A DNA stretch of 63,714 nucleotides, counting the filler, from Thraustochytrium aureum (Eukaryota): assembly GCA_012862495.1 (NCBI GenBank). It is 5 parts of 3 records of this genome, joined end to end, with 100 filler letters (N's around TTAATTAATTAA, not from the genome) between each part and the next. Parts side by side here need not be neighbours in the genome. Positions count along the whole stretch, not along the records: positions 60,737 to 62,358 come from BLSG01000088.1; positions 62,459 to 63,714 come from BLSG01000089.1; 3 more parts are not named here. One strand, given 5' to 3'. Within the stretch, counting starts at the first letter, position 1. Each line of letters starts with the position of its first letter. A model generated the notes under the pieces. It made no database searches. It saw nothing but the letters and a program-made list of their open reading frames with translations, and was not told the origin of the DNA. Of this stretch, positions 60,737-63,714 are shown piece after piece. The position numbers and the translations under genes are program-made.

Positions 60737-61562
60737 AGCTTTTTTCAACTAGCTCGGCTTGACCATTTTGCGCGAAAGCAGCGGTCCCGTCCCACGCCCA
60801 GGGCTGGCTGTTCGTGCTCCGCGCGCCGACAAATATCTTCTTGTGAAAGTTCTGCCGCGCGACCCGCCTCGCCTCGGCAAGCTCCTCGGCGTCACGGATC
60901 ACCGCGGCGTGTGCGGCATGCTTGAAGCACTCATCGGTGCCCTCCTTTGCAGAGTTCGGGTCCAGCTTAACAAGGAAGTACCGCATGGGCTGCGTGTTGA
61001 CGCGGCGGCCCTGCGTCAGCGAACCCTTGCGCATGCAAATCGACTTTTTGAGGTCGGAGCAGTCTTGCGCGGTGGCATAGAATTGAATCTTGGTTTTTTG
61101 GAGCTCCGCGCACCTTTTCTGGGCCCCAAACGTAATTTCGCTCCCGGATGCGTCTTTGACCTTCCCAGACACAGTCTCGTTTTGGCCGAACCAGACTTTT
61201 CCATTGCCAAGTAGAGCACCAAGTAGTTTTCCTTCGGCGCCACCCACTGCGTCGGATTCGAAAAGGACCAAGGTGGCGTCGAGCCTCTCGCAGGCTGCCC
61301 TGGCGTCCTGCCAGCTCAGTCGGTTTTCGTTTCGCCAGATATCCACTTTGCTCGTCCCGCCAGCCGCGGCGGGCCGCGCCTGGCTCACTTGGAACGGGCC
61401 TTGCTTGCCTATCGCCGCGTCGCGGATGCCGAAGTACGCATCGTACGGCCATGAGGTAGCGTCTTTGACGAGAGCCTCGCTCGCTAGACCGCTGCCCTGC
61501 GCCGTGGCGACCGCCGCGAGGGTGGCGCTGACAACCACCACGAGTCTGCCGACGAGTGCCAT
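60737..61562 (-). CDS. Secreted/surface protein with tandem C-type lectin-like domains, 3' partial
   Basis: Signal peptide MALVGRLVVVVSATLAAVATA; LSWQDARAACERLDATLV...VWFG...CAEL...QDCSDLKKSIC; second domain C...AHAAVIRDAEE...IFVGA...WAWDGT. Confidence 0.75.
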
Positions 61563-62402
61563 TCGATCGTGTCTCCAAGTCGCCGTTCTTCGCGCTTCGC
61601 CTCGCTGGACCTCGCAGTGGCTCTGCTCCTCCTCCTCCTCCTCCTCCTCGCCGAGTTGGGGGACTGCTCCATGGTCGGGCACGAGCCTTGCACAGCACGA
61701 ATCCAGCCAGCACGAGCCAGCGCAGACCTACTTGTAGTAGCACCAACGACAAGCCATAGTGCGTTCTTGACGGCTTCCCGTTCACTGCAAAACCTCGTGC
61801 GCACGTCGCCGCCACAAAAAAACAAACAAACAAAAACAGTCTCGCCGAGTCGGACTTCAAGTTGGCACATGGACGTTCCTCCTCTCTACTAGAGAGAGCT
61901 AGGGTAAGGGTAGGCCCGGGATACCTTAGAGTGAGTACCCTTGCTCTCAAAGGTCAGGACTCAGGACGGCCTCAAGCTCCAGAGTCTCCTGATGAGATCA
62001 AAGTTGTCAGCTGCACCGGTGTGTACGAGAACTGGATCGCTGTGGAGCTTGGCCAAGGCCTGCCAGCGCTTGACGGCGCAACTTGTGTCTGCGTTCTTCA
62101 AGTTCGCGGCGTCCTCGCCGAGTATGGAGCAGAGGCGCGCCAAATTGATTTTCAAGGAAAAGGAAGGTAGCGAAAGTAAAGGTCTACTCTACTCTCTACT
62201 AGCTAGAGTACGTACCTTTTCCCCTTGCGCTGGAGAGAGGAAAGGGAAGTACAGAGTACCTACTTCCTCGTACACTCGTACTCTACGTGAGAACATTCGT
62301 TATTCGTCAGCCTGCACGCGCAAGAAAGCACCTGCACCGGACAAACGCACAAACCAAANNNNNNNNNNNNNNNNNNNNNNNNNNNNNNNNNNNNNNNNNN
62401 NN

Positions 62403-62414
62403 TTAATTAATTAA
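62403..62414. other. Artificial scaffold linker
   Basis: N-TTAATTAATTAA-N. Confidence 0.97.
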
Positions 62415-62458
62415 NNNNNNNNNNNNNNNNNNNNNNNNNNNNNNNNNNNNNNNNNNNN

Positions 62459-63130
62459 AGCAGACGCGTTGGGCTCGTGCAAACGAGGAACGTGGCCCTC
62501 GAAGGCGCCGGCTCGGTGGCCGCCGAGCGCGACGTGCAGGTCGGGGTGTACGAAGGCGGCTTCAAGCTCTGGGAGTGCGCCATCGACGTTGCGCGGTATC
62601 TAGAAGCCCACCCTGAGGTCGTGCCGCCAGGGAGCCGCGTGCTGGACCTCGGCTGCGGACACGGTTTGCCCGGGGTGGTGGCCGCTGCCCTTGGCGCAAG
62701 CGTCTGCTTCCAGGACCTGAACGGGGAGGTCTTGGCCCGCCAGACCGTGCTCAACCTGGTGCGCAATCTCCCGCAGGACAGGGCCAGCCGCTGGCGCGCG
62801 GACCACACGCTGGTCGCGGGCGACTGGCGCGCCCTCGTCGACCCAGCTTGCGCAGTCCTCGCTGAGGGGGCGTTTGACCTGATCGTGGCAGCGGAGACGG
62901 TGTATGCGGAAGAGCAGTTCCAGATCATGCACGACATGCTGGTGCGGTTCTTGGCCCCTCAGGGCGTCGCTCTGGTTGCCGCCAAGCGGTTCTACTTTGG
63001 CGTCGGAGGCGGCTCGCGCGGTTTTCAGGACTTTGTCGCTGCAAAGGGCATTCTAGAGGGCTCGCTTGAGAGAGCCTTCGAGGACGGTTCGAGCAACATT
63101 CGAGACCTGGTAAAGTTCAGGCGGAGGTAG
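62459..63130 (+). CDS. METTL18: Histidine protein methyltransferase 1 (METTL18/Hpm1), 5' partial
   Basis: VYEGGFKLWEC; VLDLGCGHGLPG; FQDLN; GDW; FDLIVAAETVY; AAKRFYFGVGGG. Confidence 0.92.
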   Translation, partial: SRRVGLVQTRNVALEGAGSVAAERDVQVGVYEGGFKLWECAIDVARYLEAHPEVVPPGSRVLDLGCGHGLPGVVAAALGASVCFQDLNGEVLARQTVLNLVRNLPQDRASRWRADHTLVAGDWRALVDPACAVLAEGAFDLIVAAETVYAEEQFQIMHDMLVRFLAPQGVALVAAKRFYFGVGGGSRGFQDFVAAKGILEGSLERAFEDGSSNIRDLVKFRRR

Positions 63131-63325
63131 CGCAGGCCTCCGACTGGAGGGGTCTGTCTTGTGACTCGCGCCGTGCCGGGCTGTCCGTCCATGTTTCACC
63201 TGTGCCTTTCCAGGCCAGGTAACGAACGGGCAAGCGGGCCGCGCAACGCAAGAAGGGGTTGGTCAACCTATGTAAAGTATCGATAGATTTGCAGGGGGCT
63301 ACCTGCCTCTTCGCTCTTGAGGTGC

Positions 63326-63714
63326 TCAGTGCGAGCAGCCAAAAAAGTCGCCCAGGGTTTGCGCCATTCGGAAGCGACTCTGCTCCTCCGCGAGGGCGGG
63401 ACTAGGGCGCGAAAAGTATGCGACGGCCATGGCCTCGTCTTGCAGTCTGTTGGCTGCTTGCCCCCCTGACGCCCCTGCACCAGGCCGCCCTCCCTGGGCC
63501 CTGCCTTCAGTCGAGGCGTTTTGCGCCCGCACCAACTGCGAGGCCTCCGCCCCTTCGGCCCTGTCTTGAGCCTCTTGGCGCCGCGCCTCCAACACGATCT
63601 CGTGCTTGCGCTGGTGCATGCGGTACAGCTCGCGCTCGAGCCGACGGAGCTGCTCGGTGAGCTTTTCTTCTTGTGCAGTCTTGATGCGAAGGCGCTCCTC
63701 TAGCTCGATGTTCC
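63326..63714 (-). CDS. Coiled-coil protein, C-terminal fragment running off the window
   Basis: NIELEERLRIKTAQEEKLTEQLRRLERELYRMHQRKHEIVLEARRQEAQ, open to the window edge. Confidence 0.55.
   Translation of the reverse strand, partial: NIELEERLRIKTAQEEKLTEQLRRLERELYRMHQRKHEIVLEARRQEAQDRAEGAEASQLVRAQNASTEGRAQGGRPGAGASGGQAANRLQDEAMAVAYFSRPSPALAEEQSRFRMAQTLGDFFGCSH

Noticed and set aside
31057..62458. Recurrent palindromic TTAATTAATTAA element
   Set aside because: Always embedded in N runs; an artificial six-frame-stop linker. Gene adjacency across these points is meaningless, so no gene cluster is claimed across them.

Overview
GC-rich, gene-dense eukaryotic (protist) draft genome. Short GT-AG introns, (CCAG/GCCT)n microsatellites and gene content suggest a stramenopile, possibly a thraustochytrid/labyrinthulomycete; this is inference only. 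The window is not contiguous: four N-TTAATTAATTAA-N linkers join at least five scaffolds. There are many N gaps and single-base frameshifts that are probably sequencing errors. About 26 protein genes or fragments are visible. Housekeeping or recognisable genes: ArfGAP, LSM2, sphingosine-1-phosphate lyase, HRD1, NOM1, a DDX51-like helicase, a CAMK/SnRK-type kinase, a sterol desaturase-family gene, HGD, a BTB/KCTD protein, an APMAP/strictosidine synthase-like gene, a mitochondrial carrier and METTL18. The most notable item is a TIR-[NACHT-like NTPase]-TPR-repeat NLR-like receptor (41485-46382) with near-identical 126-bp repeats that vary at a few positions, a candidate innate-immune system. Also notable: a bacterial-type uncharacterised glycoside-hydrolase-like gene plus a nearby stand-alone paralog of its N-terminal domain, an SH2-TPR protein, a giant IQ/EF-hand/WW/LRR/ubiquitin-like protein, a protein with 14 or more Tudor-like domains, and a probable inositol 5-phosphatase-SH3-SH3 fusion. 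No rRNA, tRNA, CRISPR array or clear mobile element was recognised.
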